Notes: a model not told the origin generated them from the sequence alone. A stretch of 64,000 nucleotides of DNA from Eledone cirrhosa (GCA_964016885.1 OZ024747.1:61690001-61754000); one strand, 5' to 3'. Shown: positions 14,231-28,002, numbered from the stretch's first letter. Program-made: numbers and translations.

Positions 14231-14432
14231 CAAGATAGAACCAGTTTAAAACTAATTAGACCATTCATTACTCAACAGAGTACTCGATACTTGGAGTAGT
14301 AGAGTATGGTTATATTATAAAGAGTCAAGACCCGATGGTTGAGCTCTTGCTGTTTCAACAGCTAGTTCCAGTCTGGAATTAGCTGTTAAAACAAGAGCAC
14401 AGCCTTTGGGTCCTGACTTTTTATAAGATATA
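14228..14432 (-). mobile_element. (TA)n-embedded fold-back element containing a hammerhead 3' half
   Basis: Imperfect palindrome 14311-14432 (loop GTC at 14371-14373); homologous reverse copy at 44819-44957. Confidence 0.8.
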
Positions 14433-14439
14433 GACATAT

Positions 14440-14470
<31 letters not shown>

Positions 14471-14990
14471 GTAATAATAATAAATTTGAAGACTAAAATC
14501 CAAAGAGGGCTCGATAAGGATAAATATATATCAAATATATAAGAACCGTAGAGCACATATTTATTAAAATAACAAAGAATCGCTGCTTTCACCCTTAACG
14601 GGATCTTCTGAAACTAAAAAAGTCAATCTGTGAACACAGAACTAAATATTTCAAAAAATGTTGCAACCGAAGGAAGACAGGAAGACGAATATATATATAT
14701 ATGTGTGTGTGTATATATTAGTCTTCAACCTATTTGTATTTATCATTGTTGTGGTATAAGTATGCCCGTTGCTTTTCTTGGAGTCACTTTCTTAACTTTG
14801 TGTTTACTCTGGACGACAATGTAACAACTTCTTGCTCAATTGAGTGCTTTGTGACCACCTCAAACAATTCAATCCCTATCTGGTATATTGTGATTGTGGC
14901 TATAACTTAGATTTGTACCCAATATTATATATATCAAATTATAAAATAAGAAGAAAAAATAGATAAAAATATACCTATTTTTTCTTCAAA

Positions 14991-15090
14991 GTTCCGACTG
15001 CGCAGTTTCGCTGATCCATATGTAACAAATGTGCATTATAGAAATGCATCATCGTTGTCAGGCAAATCAGCAAATCAGCTTGTCAAGAAC
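14991..15090 (-). ncRNA. Variant/degenerate hammerhead motif with long stem II insert
   Basis: GUUC-UUGACAA-GCUGAU...AUCAGC-GAAA-CUGCGCAG-UC-GGAAC; palindromic stem III ACUGCGCAGU; stem I register ambiguous. Confidence 0.55.
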
Positions 15091-15204
15091 AACTCAAAGA
15101 AAAGGAATATTTTCCAGATGCGTTTGTAGCAAGTGAGAAAATCTCTATAGGTGAAGGGGGGAATTAATGTGATACATCCGTCACTTGTAGCAAGTGAAAA
15201 AAAG

Positions 15205-15237
<33 letters not shown>

Positions 15238-15254
15238 AATCAATATATATATAA

Positions 15255-15315
<61 letters not shown>

Positions 15316-15360
15316 CATACATATATATATGTGAGAAAAACCACAGACCCTCCATCTCAA

Positions 15361-15404
15361 TTCTACTTTTGAAAAGCAGAAGAACTGCGAAACCGGTAAA
15401 GGAA
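15361..15404 (+). ncRNA. Minimal hammerhead motif, U3-A8 core variant
   Basis: CUU-UUGAAAA-GCAG(AAGAA)CUGC-GAAA-CCGG-UA-AAG; palindromic ACCGGU stem III, GUA triplet. Confidence 0.6.
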
Positions 15405-15579
15405 CGAAATAAATATAAATTTAAAAAAAAAAAGACTCCAGTTGCATTTTTGATTTCATCTTCTTTTCTTATACTTTCAATCATGTAGAGCACCTCGGTT
15501 ATTTTTCATTTTGTAAAAAAACCTCACTTTCTAATATATATTTATATATATATATATTTATATATATATATATACACAC

Positions 15580-15610
<31 letters not shown>

Positions 15611-15743
15611 TATATATATACACATATATATATTATATGTATATGTTTATATGTTATTGTTTTTACATCGACGTATTCATGTTGGTATGGGTTGGAGAGA
15701 GGGATTACAGACACTGTTTTATATATATGTATATATACTTATA

Positions 15744-15795
<52 letters not shown>

Positions 15796-15798
<3 letters not shown>

Positions 15799-15987
15799 TC
15801 TGTTCGCTTTTTACGCAAAGATTCATCTGTGAACGCGGCAAGTAAAGCAAATTAACGTAATTCAAGTCTAATTTTCCCATGCGTTATAGCACGATATTCG
15901 CGCAAAATCTGGTGTAATGTTCATTTTGTCAAGAGGCGTTAAGGTAAGTTCGCGTACTTCAAGTTCGTGTAAAAAGCAAACAGACTG
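15796..15987. mobile_element. pogo/Tigger-like MITE
   Basis: TA|CAGTCTGTTCGCTTTTTACGC ... GTGTAAAAAGCAAACAGACTG|TA (21-bp TIR, 2 mismatches). Confidence 0.85.
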
Positions 15988-16198
15988 TATATATACAGTC
16001 TTTGCATTTATTATATATATAAAGTATATATATATATAAAGTATATATATATATATATATATATAAAGTACCAGTAATACACTGGGTAATTGCTGGCCTT
16101 GTGCCTAACGTAGAAACAATTATTACTATATATATATATCTGTTGATTTAAAACTGTACTATTCACAAGTGTGTTTTAATCTTCATATCATGTCTCCC

Positions 16199-16269
16199 TA
16201 TTTTATCTGACGAAAACGCAAATGTTATTGCATGATGATATTTGTTTTTGAAATGCGCGTAATAAAATA
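16199..16269 (+). ncRNA. Type I hammerhead ribozyme motif
   Basis: UAUUUUAU-CUGACGA-AAACGCAAAUG...UAUUUGUUUUU-GAAA-UGCGCG-UA-AUAAAAUA; perfect 8-bp stem I, GUA triplet. Confidence 0.75.
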
Positions 16270-16299
16270 CATGGAACTCTTTTAACCATCTTTTGATCT

Positions 16300-16372
<73 letters not shown>

Positions 16373-16489
16373 TATATATTTATATTTATATATATAAAAA
16401 GGAACGATCGACATTCGTCAAATCAGACCGAGGAAACAATGTTTCCATTGGTCTTTCCAATTGCTAATACTATCTATCAGTCGCAACTG

Positions 16490-16583
16490 CAGGTAGAAGG
16501 AGCAACGTGAAATAAAGTGTCTTGCTCAAGGACATAACGCATCGCCCGGTCCGGAAATCGAACTCACAACATCACGATTGTGA

Positions 16584-16585
<2 letters not shown>
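16490..16585 (-). mobile_element. Partial CORE SINE
   Basis: GTGAAATAAAGTGTCTTGCTCAAGGA...TCGAACTCAC matches family 2. Confidence 0.75.
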
Positions 16586-16653
<68 letters not shown>

Positions 16654-16954
16654 TGACTATGACATACCTAGACTACACAATAACACCAACGAAGAACATA
16701 ATTTTTGGATATTTCTTTTCCTAGAGTGGAATGAGTTCAAAAGTTCACCAGAGTAACAATAACAATATTATAATGTCCTCCATTTCCACAAGCTGTTGTA
16801 ACTTGAAAGGAATATTAGCAACAACAACAACAGCAGTAATAATAATAACTGCAAAAATATAATCAATTGCTAAAACCAAAAATAATATCCCCAAAATTTG
16901 GTGTAATGTTCATTTTGCCAAGTTGTCAGGGTTTGCATAAAACAACAATAACAA

Positions 16955-17935
16955 ACACAACAGCAACAACAATAACAATTATAGCAACAATAGCAATCAC
17001 AACAACATCAACAACAACCATGGTACCACAATGAAGCAACAGCAACAATAGTAATGACAATTATAGCACTGATAGCAATAACAGCCCCACCATTACCTCC
17101 ATCAAACCCATCACCACCATCAATACATTCAGACACCACTACTTCCTTCATCACCACAACTACCATCATCACCATAACTACCACCATTAACACCATCAAC
17201 ACCATCACAACCATCAACACCTCCACCACCATCACCACCATCAACATCTCCACCACCACTACCACCATTAACAACTCCACCATCACCGCAAACACCACTA
17301 CCACCGCCACCACCACTACTACCATCACCACCATCACCACCATCACCACCATCAACACCTCCACCACCACTACTACCATCACCACAACAACCACCATCAA
17401 CACCTCCACCACCATCACCACAACGACCACCATCACCGCAACCACCACCATCACCACCTCCACCACCACTACTACAATCACTACAACCACCACCATCACT
17501 ATCAACACCACTACGACCACCATCACCACTACCACCCACTACCACAACCACTATACCACCACCACTACCACAACCACTACCACCACCACTACCACAACCA
17601 CTACCACCACCACTACCACCACCACTACCACAACCACTACCACCACCACTACCACCCACTACCACAACACCACCACCACTACCACAACCACTACCACAAC
17701 CACTACCACCACCACTACCACAACCACTACCACAACCACTACCACCACCACTACCACCCACTACCACAGCCACTATACCACCACCACTACCACAACCACT
17801 ACCACAACCACTACCACCACCACTACCACAACCACTACCACTACCACAACCACTACCACTACCACTACCACCACCACTACCACAACCACTACCACAACCA
17901 CTACTACAACCAGTACCGCCACCACAAATACCACC
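16955..17935. repeat. (ACC)/(ACT)/(ACA) trinucleotide array
   Basis: Direct inspection. Confidence 0.9.
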
Positions 17936-18016
17936 AATACTTCAGTTGATATTGAGAAACGTGTTTTAGAGAATTTTGTTTGATTTGGAATTAATTTTTG
18001 ATAACATTCTGGAGAA

Positions 18017-18765
18017 TCATCATCATCATCTTCATTTAATGTCCATCTTCCACGCTAGCATGGGTTAGATAGGAGTTGTCCCACTTGAGGCAGGGTTGGT
18101 CGGGTGACCGTGTCTCGCTCATATAGGACTGTCTGGCGGGTTTTCTACGGCTGGATGCCCTTCCTAACACCAACCACATTTACAGTGTGGAACAGAACTT
18201 TTTACCGTGTTACCTACACGGCCACATTACAGCGTGGACTGTGTGTTTTTTGTCGTGACACCTACACGATCTCGATCGACTGGATGTTGTGGTACCAATT
18301 TTACAGAGAGAGGGTGGTGTTAGTGGGAGGATAGGGTAGGGGTAGTGGATTGGGGTGTATATTTGGTTAAGAGGTGCCTACTGACTGTAGGTTTCGCTTT
18401 GTACATAGGCAAGGCGGGTCTTCTGTATTACTGCATAGCGCCAAAGATTTCGGTCCAGAGACATTGTTTTAGAGAGATGTAAGTGTGTGAGGTCGGAATT
18501 TATCAGATCATCCCAGGTTCTTCTGGGTCTACCTACTCTGTAACTACCATCAATTTTGATCACCCTGCACATTTTTATACAGCTGTCGTCTTTCATGCGC
18601 ATCACGTGGCCATACCAACGTAGTCTTCTCTCAAGTAAACAGCATCTGATCCCTCTTATTCCTAATTTCTCACTTAGTTCATTTATGCTTTGCCGTTCAT
18701 GTATATCACTACTACACATCCAACGGAGCATGCATGCTTCGTTCCTTTCCAGTCTGCGCGTTGGA
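18017..18765 (-). mobile_element. 5'-truncated RTE LINE (ORF C-terminus, 3' UTR, (TGA)n tail)
   Basis: RRLERNEACMLRWMC...RRLRWYGHVMRM...GRPRRTW; same family as 50910-52661. Confidence 0.92.
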
Positions 18766-18974
18766 ATCATTTAGGTTCTAAGGATTTTTCTGTTGTAACA
18801 AAGATATGGCAACCTCCCTAGTGCTGGTCCCATGATAAAATACATCCAACATCATGATCCTTCTGAGAGGTCACTAGCTCTAATTAAGTGCTGACTTGGT
18901 CAGAGATGACCTTTCCAAACCTTGCTAGCAGGGAAAGTGGACATTAAATGATGTGGATGATTGAATCATGTGGG

Positions 18975-19860
18975 AGTTAAGATAGGGTACATTGTGTCTG
19001 ATGTGGAAGTTAATTTTAGGGTACACTGTGTCTGGGTTGGGAGATAGGGTACATTGTGTCTGATGTGGAAGTTACTTCAGGGTACATTGTGTCTGGTGTG
19101 GAAGTTACTTTTAGGGTACATTGTGTCTGGTGTGGAAGTTATTACAGGGTACATTGTGTCTAAGGTGGAAGTTATTTTATGATATATTGTCTCTGTTGTG
19201 GAAGTTATTATAGGGTACATTGTGTCTGAGATGGAAGTTAATACAAGGTACATTGTGTCTGAGATGGAAGTTAATACAAGGTACATTGTGTCTGAGATGG
19301 AAGTTAATACAAGGTACATTGTGTCTGAGATGGAAGTTAATACAAGGTACATTGTGTCTGAGATGGAAGTTATTTTTAGGGTACATTGTGTCTGGTGTGG
19401 AAGTTAATACAAGGTACCTTGTGTCTGATGTGAAAGTTATTATGGGGTACACTGTGTCTGATGTGGAGTTACTATAGGTCACATTGTGTCTGTGGAAGAT
19501 AAGGTAGGTACACTGCACCTGAGATGGAAAATAGGGTTCACTGTGTTTGAGGTGGAAGTTATTTATGGTAAATTATGTGTGATGTGGGAGTTATTACAGG
19601 GTACATTGTGTCTGATGAGGAAGTTAGGGTACATTATGCCTGATGAGGAAGATAGGGTACATTGTGTCTGATGAGGAAGATAAGGTACATTGTGTCTGAT
19701 GAGGAAGATAGGGTACATTGTGTCTGATGTGGAAGATAGGGTACATTGTGTCTGATGAGAAAGATAGGATACATTGTGTCTGATGAGGAAGATAGGGTAC
19801 ATTGTGTCTGATGAGGAAGACAGTGTACATTATGACTGATGGAATAGTGTTTTAGGGAAA
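18975..19860. repeat. Minisatellite with ~29-33 bp units (AGGGTACATTGTGTCTGATGTGGAAGTTA)
   Basis: 33-bp variant block ~19210-19400 and shorter GAGGAAGAT variant block ~19600-19830. Confidence 0.92.
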
Positions 19861-20286
19861 ACTGTGAATCCAGTGGAAGTTATTTGAGGCATGTTATAGA
19901 TCATGAAATGAGTCATTAGATTATGTAATTCAAGATATCTATAACATAGCAAAATAGTCATTGCTGGAATACCTTTAAAACATAGATCTGCTCAATCAGG
20001 TTTGATCTACAGCTAAATATCTATAACAACAACAACAACAATAATATAGCTTTATGATGAAGTGAAATTGTTAGTTCAAGCTGTTTGAACCTTCACAGAT
20101 GTGATACATTTAGGGAGAGATGATAAAAATATATATATAAATTAGGAATTTTTTCTTCACAGATTATTTTAGGGATATATATATATATATGCACGTGTGT
20201 GTGTGTGTGTGTGTATTTATATATATATATGTCATCATCATCGTTTTACGCCCCCGCTTTTCCCTGCTTGCAAGGGTGGGACGCGC

Positions 20287-20364
<78 letters not shown>

Positions 20365-20534
20365 TGAGAAAGAGAATAAGAGAGGGAGAGAAAGAGAGAG
20401 AGGAAGAGTGAGGAGGAGAAAGAGAGATGCATAGCTCATCACCTTCATTTAAAATCCATGTCCCCTGCTAACAGCAAGGGTTGAACAAATATATATATAC
20501 AAACATAAATTAGGGTTTTCTCTCGAGATTGCTT

Positions 20535-20535
20535 A

Positions 20536-20566
<31 letters not shown>

Positions 20567-20573
20567 TATATAC

Positions 20574-20652
<79 letters not shown>

Positions 20653-20706
20653 CATATATATATATACATATATATATATACATATATATATATACATATA
20701 CATATA

Positions 20707-20742
<36 letters not shown>

Positions 20743-21200
20743 CATATATATATACACACATACATATATATATATACATGTGTATATATATATATGAATA
20801 TATGTATAAATATATATACATATTTATTTGTATATATGTAATAAATATATATATATATATGAATATATGTATAAATATATATACATATTTATTTGTATAT
20901 ATGTAATAAATATATATATATATATGAATATATGTATAAATATATATACATATATATTTGTACATATGTAATAAATATATATATACATATATATATGAAT
21001 ATATGTATAAATATATATACATATATATTTGTACATATGTAATAAATATATATATACATATATATTTGTACATATGTAATAAAAATATATATATATATAT
21101 ATATGTACAAATATATATATGTATAAATATATATTTACATATATATATATGTATATATGTTTATATATATATATATATATGTATATACACACATATATAT
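20535..21200. repeat. (TA)n tract with higher-order units
   Basis: Direct inspection. Confidence 0.85.
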
Positions 21201-21496
21201 GTTGATTGTTATAAATTGTTAGTTAAATCTAGCAATCATTTTAACACCACTACCACCATGTTAGCTGTAAAATACAGTAATTTGTAATTCAAACTCTTTT
21301 TCAGATATTATTTATATTTACATATGTTGCTTTACTTCTAGGTTCTACTTTTCTAAATTGATGCCAAATCTAAAATATATGGGTCTCCCCATCAGATCTC
21401 TCTCACTCCCCCCCCCTCTCTACACCTCTCTCTCTTTCTCTCTCTCTATTTACATATATATATATGTGAATATGTGTGTGTATCTAAGTATGTATG

Positions 21497-21550
<54 letters not shown>

Positions 21551-21631
21551 TATATTGTGTATGTATAAGTATGTATGTCTATATATGTATATATATAAGC
21601 TGCTGTGGAATCTTAAACAATGATGCTGATG

Positions 21632-21668
<37 letters not shown>

Positions 21669-21709
21669 AGTGTGTGTAAGTATGTATGTCTCTTATATAC
21701 ATATATATA

Positions 21710-22005
21710 TGATGGCTGCAAACTCTGCTAAGAGTATTGCAATCACTTGTCAGATTATAGAGTTTGGTGTACTTTTAGACTAAGGCCAGCCACATGAACC
21801 TGTAACATATCCTGAACAAGCAATGCCTGTACTTTGAAGGCTTTTTAAGTGGGGAAAGGCCTTGCACTCGACTAATCCCATACCCAAAAAGAAGAACTGG
21901 TCAACATCATCGGATGCTTCTGAAGCTGCAGGGGTTTTTTTTTCAGAGTTTCCCTCTCCTAGAAAGGTGTTGTGACAACAACTCGGGGCCTTTCACTTCC
22001 AGGTG
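21710..22005 (-). mobile_element. Non-autonomous bipartite RTE-derived element
   Basis: Shares the CTAGGAGAGGGAAACTCTG 5' motif and ACTC...GAGTTTGCAGCCATCATA tail with 46171-46738. Confidence 0.55.
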
Positions 22006-22535
22006 GGAAAAAAAATTAAAAAGTACTATATGTATGTGTGTAAGTATAAGTATTTATGTCTTTATATACAAAAAAAAATAGCGACAAGGAAGGACATTTG
22101 ACCACGTCTCCCCAAACAAAATATAATATTATCACCGAAAACTGCCCTTTTAACACACGTCAGATGGTTTACAATATTCATTATTACAAATACTTTGACT
22201 GTTCCCTGACTACTAGTACCAGTTTCAACATAAAATTACTTTAATGAAGTATATTTGATTTTCGCCAACAAACCACGTGTAGACATGAACGGGGGGGGGA
22301 GGAACAATCATTAAATCCCTTAGGGATCGCAGTAAGTACTTCACATAATCTACAAACAACAATATACACACAGATTGATATATAGATACATACCACACAC
22401 GCATATACGCACAAGTGAAAAGAAATCACACTATTTCGTGTGAGACACTATACCGGCCAATCTTATGTACATTGGTAAAATCTTTCTGAACATTGACTTT
22501 GCTTCTAACCCACATACACTTTTTAATTATATATA

Positions 22536-23140
22536 CTATCAGAAAAACCACCCTTCAGGTGGTTTTTCTGCTAGCATGTGTAGTGTGTATATTGATATTA
22601 TACGCAAGTATATATATGCATGTAGATATGATACATCAAATAAAACCGTAATTGACAATATACACAGAAATTGAACGAAGACTGCGTTACACTGTCTTCT
22701 GTAATCAGTAACGTAATCTATGATACATTAAAAAAAGACGATATTATATATCTGCTAGCATGTGTAGTGTGTATATTGATATTATATGCAAGATAATATG
22801 CATGTAGATATGATCAAATAAAATCGTAATTGACAATATACACAGAAATTGAACGAAGACTGTGTTACACTGTCTTATGTAATCAGTAATGTAATCTATG
22901 ATACATTAAAAAAAGACGATATTATATATAAACTGCATTAGGAGAAAATTAGTGACAGAAATATATGAATATTTATTTAAACGATCGCTAACTGGAAGTA
23001 TTGACATTTGAAAATATTAAAGAAGTGAATCTTTAAATAAGTAATAAAATATATTTAATGAACAGCCACGAAATTTAGTAGATAAATTATGTAATATTCA
23101 TTCATTATTTATTCAAAATAATCCAACTTATTTTACTAAG
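22536..23140 (-). mobile_element. Interspersed repeat, possibly Helitron-like, with internal ~184-bp tandem duplication
   Basis: Units 22567-22750 and 22751-22930; terminal hairpin AGAAAAACCACC-CTTCA-GGTGGTTTTTCT; diverged reverse copy at 56010-56450. Confidence 0.6.
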
Positions 23141-23349
23141 GGGATCAAAAATTATAAATTGTATGCAGTCCTGAGCTTCTTACTTTATTATAGTTTAGAT
23201 ATAATTATATATTCGTGTGCAGATCTTTTTGCATACACACACACAATACACAGGAAAACGGAAACAAAAATATAAAAACAAAACATAAACAAACATTGTA
23301 TTTATCTCGTTAAGAAATGTGCTAAACTTACGCAGCATATTTATTTGTT

Positions 23350-26003
23350 TACGTTTACATCTTGTTCTACTGTACGGGATGGACAGACAGGACAAAATAG
23401 ATATTGTGACATCCATGGATGAAGTGTGCAATAAAACTGGGCGATGTTCCAAAATAGAACATTGCCCAGAAAATCACGTCTGTCATCTATGTACAGAACC
23501 AGAGAACTCCTTCTGAAATCGATGGGTCAAATGTGGCAAATGTCGTGTTTCTGCTTGCCTTCAATGTGCCACAAACTTTCGAAAGATCCCGAGTCAGAAA
23601 AAGAGACACCATACTTCTATGATGGATGGCCTCTGGGAAATGGTCCAGCTAACAAATTGGTTCTTTCAGTGCCTGGCTTGTATGTCTGCCTCTACCATTG
23701 CTGCTGAACAACAACAACAAAACTGAAGATCGTGTCTTCCTCCACCATTGTTCCTGAACAACAGCAAAAGCCAACGACAGTAGCTTCTGCTTTTACCCCT
23801 GTTGAGGGACCTCATCAACAACAGCAACCCATGTCTTCCTCCCCCGTTACTTTTCAACAACAACCGACGACTGTGTCTTCCCCTACCATGCCTGTTGAAG
23901 AACATCAACAACAACAAAAATTGACCGTCAATACAGAGTTTGAGGAAATACGGCAAATGATTTCCGCTTTAAACCAAGAAATAGCGGGAATAAAATCAAG
24001 CGTTCGTGTAGAACCTCACAATGAGGGATCTTACCGGAGTGCCTTGTTAAAAAATCTCCGCGTACCTCTTGCCGAATCTAGACGCATTGAGAATGCTAGT
24101 GAATCATAGTTGATCTTCAGGCATTTGCTGCCAGTTCATCCAAAGACTTGGGCTGTGCTCCACCGAAGGGTGCTCTACGCCTCTGATAAAGCTAGGCGTG
24201 AAAGTCGGATTGCCTTCCGAACATGCCCTGGTCTTCCACTTGATGTCTGCCCAAAGCTGCGTGCTGCAGCTTCCTTAAACCGCAGCTCGGCAGAACATGA
24301 AAGCTTCAGCCTACGTGCTGATGGGCAGATATGGAAGTTTATTAAGGCTGGTGAAACATGGAAAAGAGCTGGTCTGAAGACACTGACAATAAAAAAAAAT
24401 GAAAAAACTCTGGCAAACTAAACCAGAACAACCTGCCATCCCCTGCATATAATCATAGACTGGAATCAAGGTGTAAATTGTTGTCCTTGAATGCACGTAG
24501 TCTATGCAATAAGATACGTCTTTTTGACTCCTACGTCAAAAGTATCAATCCTGACTTCTTTACAGTCACGGAACCATGGGCACATTCCTTACTCTGTGAT
24601 GGGGTTTTCAGCATAACTGGCAACAACTTGTTTCGTAAAGACCGCATTAATCGTCGTGGTGGTGGTGTAATGGTCTACATTTGGTCAAATTTTTTGGCAA
24701 TTCCTTGTGTTGATTTGAACCAATCGCAGCAAGAAGTATTTTTCTGCGATGTAGGTATGACCACGTCAACACTGCTACTTGGAGTCGTTTACCGTCCCCC
24801 AAATTACCATCAGGAGACTCAACTTTGTGATATCCTCAGAGATGCTGCCAGGAAAACACAATCACCTTGAGATTGACTGGGAAACCTTTCATTAGCTGCA
24901 AAGTGCAAATGACTTCCTTGAGCTAGTGCTGGACTCGAACTGGTCCCAAGTAGTCACCTCCCCAACAAGAGGTGACAACCCTTTGGATCTACTCTTCACC
25001 ACTACTCCTGAAACGGTCATTAATGTTACTGCTGAGGAACCTTTAGGTGACTCTGATCATGCTATGATCATTGCCAATCTATCCCTCATGGGCAGTAACA
25101 AAAACCACAACCATCTCCAAACTGCTCACTTTGACTGGAATAAAGCAGACTGGAACTGTTACTGCACCGAGTTGTAACGTCCAAACTGGCTTGAGTTCTA
25201 CAACTCTGGAGATGTCAACACTGTACTCCAGAACATCCTGAGCTCGATATGGACAGCATGTGCAGCATCGGTGCCACGTAAGCAGAAAAAACATCCCAAA
25301 AGTACAATTTGGGAGACTGCAGCAGTCCGTCTTGCCAGAAAAGAGCGTTGTAATGCTGAACGTGAGTACAAACTGCATAAATCAGACATCAATAGGAAGA
25401 GGCGAAATAAATCATCCAACCATCTCAAACAAGTGACAAAATAGGCAGTGCTTGAATTTGATTTGCGCATAGCAACCAGCCCTGACAGTAAGGTGTTCTG
25501 GAAGTAGGTTACTGACGACCCCAAGGAATGCGCAGAGCTCATTGCTGAATGCTACGCAGGCATTTTCACAATTGAAGACCAGAGTGTACCGTCTCCACCA
25601 CCTCTGACATCGGATTCTATTACAACTATGGAATTTATACCTGCAATGCTGCGACGTCACCTTAAAAATAAACGCAACCATGCCTCTCCTGGTCTTGATG
25701 GTGTTACGTGGTGGGTACTTCCTTCTGCACCAGCTATCATGCTTCTTCCAATTCTGTCTGAACAACGGTGATACTCCAGAACAGTGGAAAAGTGCCAGTG
25801 TCAAAAAGGGTGACCGTACATCAGTCCAGTCAGTCTCATTAGCTGCATTGCCAAACTGATGGAATCCTAGCTGCATTGGAACTTCTGGAACTCTCACAAT
25901 CTTATCCGACCCTCGCAATTTGGATTTATCCCTAACTCCAGCTGCTGTGATCAACTTATCGAGTTTCTTGAAGATATGTCCCGGATCACTGATAGCGGCT
26001 CAT
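23350..26003 (+). mobile_element. Decayed CR1-clade LINE: ORF1 (PHD-like finger, coiled coil) plus ORF2 APE and partial RT; 3' part missing
   Basis: CHLC...WVKCGKC...CLQC...FQCLAC; SLNARSL.NK, VTEPW, FRKDR..RRGGGV, VYRPP, PTRGDN.LDL, LGDSDH; SPGLDG, PEQWKSA, SQFGF; many stops and frameshifts. Confidence 0.88.
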
Positions 26004-26012
26004 GTATATATA

Positions 26013-26101
26013 AGTCCTGTAGAAGCCATATTAATTATTTATACTCTGCTATGTATTGAGTACCTTACTTACTGTGGTTACCCCCAATTAAACCCGGGAT
26101 A
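26013..26101 (+). mobile_element. 3' fragment of the hammerhead-bearing family at 50573/45000
   Basis: GTCCTGTAGAAG...TACTCTGCTATGTATTGAGTACCTTACTTACTGTGGTTACC. Confidence 0.8.
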
Positions 26102-26240
26102 AACACACACACATACACACACATATATATATAAATATGGCAATATACCGTATGTTTAATTAAAAACATTTAGAAGACCATACGCTATCAGTTTTAAAGT
26201 AGTGACTATGTCACTTATTTTCAGCAAAAGAAAGGAGAGA

Positions 26241-26282
26241 AGCTGACAGTCTGTTTCACGCTGGTTGGCGTTCATCAGACCC
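26241..26282 (-). ncRNA. Type I hammerhead motif within (TA)n-flanked element ~26135-26455
   Basis: CUGAUGA-ACGC(CAACCA)GCGU-GAAA-CAG(A)CUG-UC-AGCU; intact core, weak stem I; element has a 17-bp terminal direct repeat TGGC[AT]ATATACCGTATG. Confidence 0.72.
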
Positions 26283-26817
26283 ACGCACTCCCCTGCTTTT
26301 GCCGAAAATTATAGGAGCTGGATTCTTATAGAATTCCAGTAATAATCAAGACCTGATTATACAGAGCGATTGCCGTTCCAGCAAAAATTAGGAATTAGGA
26401 CTGGTGCTCTGAAATAGCGATGTATAGTATATTTGGCTATATACCGTATGGTTTATATATGTGTGTGTGTGTATATATACATATATATGTGTGTATATAT
26501 ATAAAGAAACAAAACAAAGAGTAAATCTGTTCAATATTTATGATAATCTATCTTTGAATGTGTGTGTGTGGGTGTGAATGTGGTTGTGTGTATATGTGTG
26601 GGTGTGTATGTGTTTGTGGTTGTGTGTGTATGCGTGGTTGTGTGTGTATATATGTGTCTTCCAATTTCCCCATTCTGTTATTCCCCTCCAGTGGAAATGG
26701 GGTTAGACCCTAGTTTGGTATATATTTTTTTCTTGGATCCATCCATCAAAGTTCTTTAATCAAATCTGACCTGATTGCATACCCTCTTCTGTATATATAT
26801 ATATTTATGTATGTATG

Positions 26818-26858
<41 letters not shown>

Positions 26859-26871
26859 CTCTCTCTCTCTC

Positions 26872-26905
<34 letters not shown>

Positions 26906-27319
26906 CCTCCCTCTATGTATACACTTACACAACACACACAAGAAATTATGGAGAAGTTAGCAAGGTAATGGCATAGAATGAGATAATGTACATCTAAACA
27001 ACACCAACAACAACAATATCAACAGCAGCAGCAACAACACCAACAACAACAATATCAACAACAACACCAACAGCAACAACAATATCAACAACAACACCAA
27101 CAGCAACAACAATAAAACACACAAACAACATGAAAATTAATCCAAAAAAATTCAACAAACAAAATATTGACTAATGTTTGGGAAAATGATGAGAGAGAAG
27201 TGAAAAATAATGTATATATATATATGTATGTGTGTCTGTGTGTGTGTATATATATATATATATATTTATATATATGTATATATATATCGTTAGATAGATA
27301 GATACATACATATATACAT

Positions 27320-27352
<33 letters not shown>

Positions 27353-27489
27353 GTATATGTATATATATGTATATATATATATACACACACACACATATAT
27401 ATATGCACACACACATATATATACATATACACATGCATATATATATATATATATATATACATATACACATATGTATATATATATGTATT

Positions 27490-27527
<38 letters not shown>

Positions 27528-27551
27528 CACATATGTATATATATATGTATT

Positions 27552-27594
<43 letters not shown>

Positions 27595-28002
27595 GCACAC
27601 ACATATATATATACACATATATATACACATGCACACATATATATATATATATATTCATACACACAAACCCATACACACAAAAGTCTGAGAAGTACTTTAG
27701 TTTCAGCTAAATCCACGAAATTCAATTACCTCAACAGATTTTCTTCAGGAACATTGGAATAAAATATATTCTCTTTTATATATTTATATTATTTTACATT
27801 TATTTATATTATTATTCTTTGCTGCATTTTTGTTTTGTTTTGTCTCTTTTTTTGTTTAACCCTGTATTTTTTAAATGATTTATTGATTTTTTTTTTGTTA
27901 TTTTTATTTCATTCTTCTTATTATTATTGTTGTTGTTGTTGTATGTTTTATTTGGAGGGTAAAATCCTAACACTTGTTAAGTCAACTGAAAAACCACAGG
28001 TT

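Noticed and set aside
14575-14615. Minus-strand CAGAAGA-UCCC(GUUAA)GGGU-GAAA motif
   Set aside because: Core U4 altered and no NUH/stem I; at most a decayed relic
19600-19830. Repeated CTGATGA in a minisatellite as tandem hammerheads
   Set aside because: No stem II/GAAA/stem III arrangement
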